Assembly: GCA_034780895.1 (NCBI GenBank)
Contig: JAUZTB010000127.1
Coordinates: forward strand, 25,492,691 to 25,556,690
From: Rhynchobatus australiae
Lineage: Eukaryota
Direction: 5' to 3'
DNA: 64,000 nucleotides
Below the pieces are notes generated by a model. That model was not told the DNA's origin and made no database searches. It saw nothing but the letters and a program-made list of their open reading frames with translations. The position numbers and the translations under genes were made by a program. Positions 63,366-64,000 of this stretch are shown here, in pieces; within the stretch, counting starts at the first letter, position 1, and the number at the start of each line of letters is the position of its first letter.

Positions 63366-64000
63366 AGTCCAGCTGACTCCTCTCTGATCCATGTCCCTGC
63401 CTGATTGCCTTCCACAATGTTCTCCATGAACAAATACCTTTTTCTCTCCCTCCCAGAATAATCTGTTTCCCTGTAATCCTCTCTTTCCACCCATCAACTA
63501 AGTATTTTTAAATCATAAAGTTAACTAAATTATTATCTGAAATGAAATTCAGCATAAATACTTGATCGTCAGCCAACAGTGTTTACTCCAGAAATGTTTT
63601 TAGCTTTATAGCTACAATGGTGTCTCCCACACAATGTCTGCAGCCAGGTTGGTGGATGGTTGCTCACTGTCACTTAGGGAGATTATAGATATCTATGATG
63701 GATGAATGTGATGAGCTCTTTCCCCGCAAAGGCTAGCTTCTGATTGTATTATCTCTGCATGATGGGCTACACCCTGTGGTAGCAAGCTGTAGGGCACAGG
63801 CAAGGGCACTACCTAAAAGTCGAAGAAAAGTGCTGTCGTCTTGAGAAAGGAAGTAGTTTTATGTGTGACAACACCAGTGGAACTCTTCTGGGACCAGACA
63901 GACAATGAGCTGCCTGTCTGTTGTGACAGAGATCATCAAACTACCATCAGTGCTTCCAGAAACATGCCACCAATGACAAGGTCCTGTAATGTAGCAGTCT

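Overview
Vertebrate (eukaryotic) draft-assembly DNA, AT-rich, with many N gaps. The repeat landscape (HE1/V-SINE-type and Deu-type SINEs, CR1, L2, Rex1/Babar, RTE, Penelope, Gypsy, Harbinger) points to a cartilaginous fish (inference). The only host coding sequence I can support is three + strand exons of a Sidekick Ig-superfamily adhesion gene, most likely SDK1: 5229-5388 (160 nt), 7612-7718 (107 nt) and 17094-17241 (148 nt). They splice in frame through GT-AG sites and encode Ig1 plus the first half of Ig2. I did not find the next exon, so the last ~46.7 kb is probably one intron, packed with decayed transposable elements. Almost all ORFs in the track are TE remnants, N-run artefacts or noise. 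Most notable observations: (1) about ten decayed Penelope-type minimal hammerhead-ribozyme motifs on both strands, several inside short fold-back elements; (2) a candidate 9-nt neural-type microexon at 32337-32345, hidden by an 8-N gap; (3) an in-frame alternative acceptor 42 nt upstream of the second exon; (4) a three-layer nested insertion with a TSD-flanked solo LTR; (5) a templated antisense insertion flanked by a 25-bp duplication inside a CR1. TE boundaries are approximate, and family names come from motif recall, not database searches.
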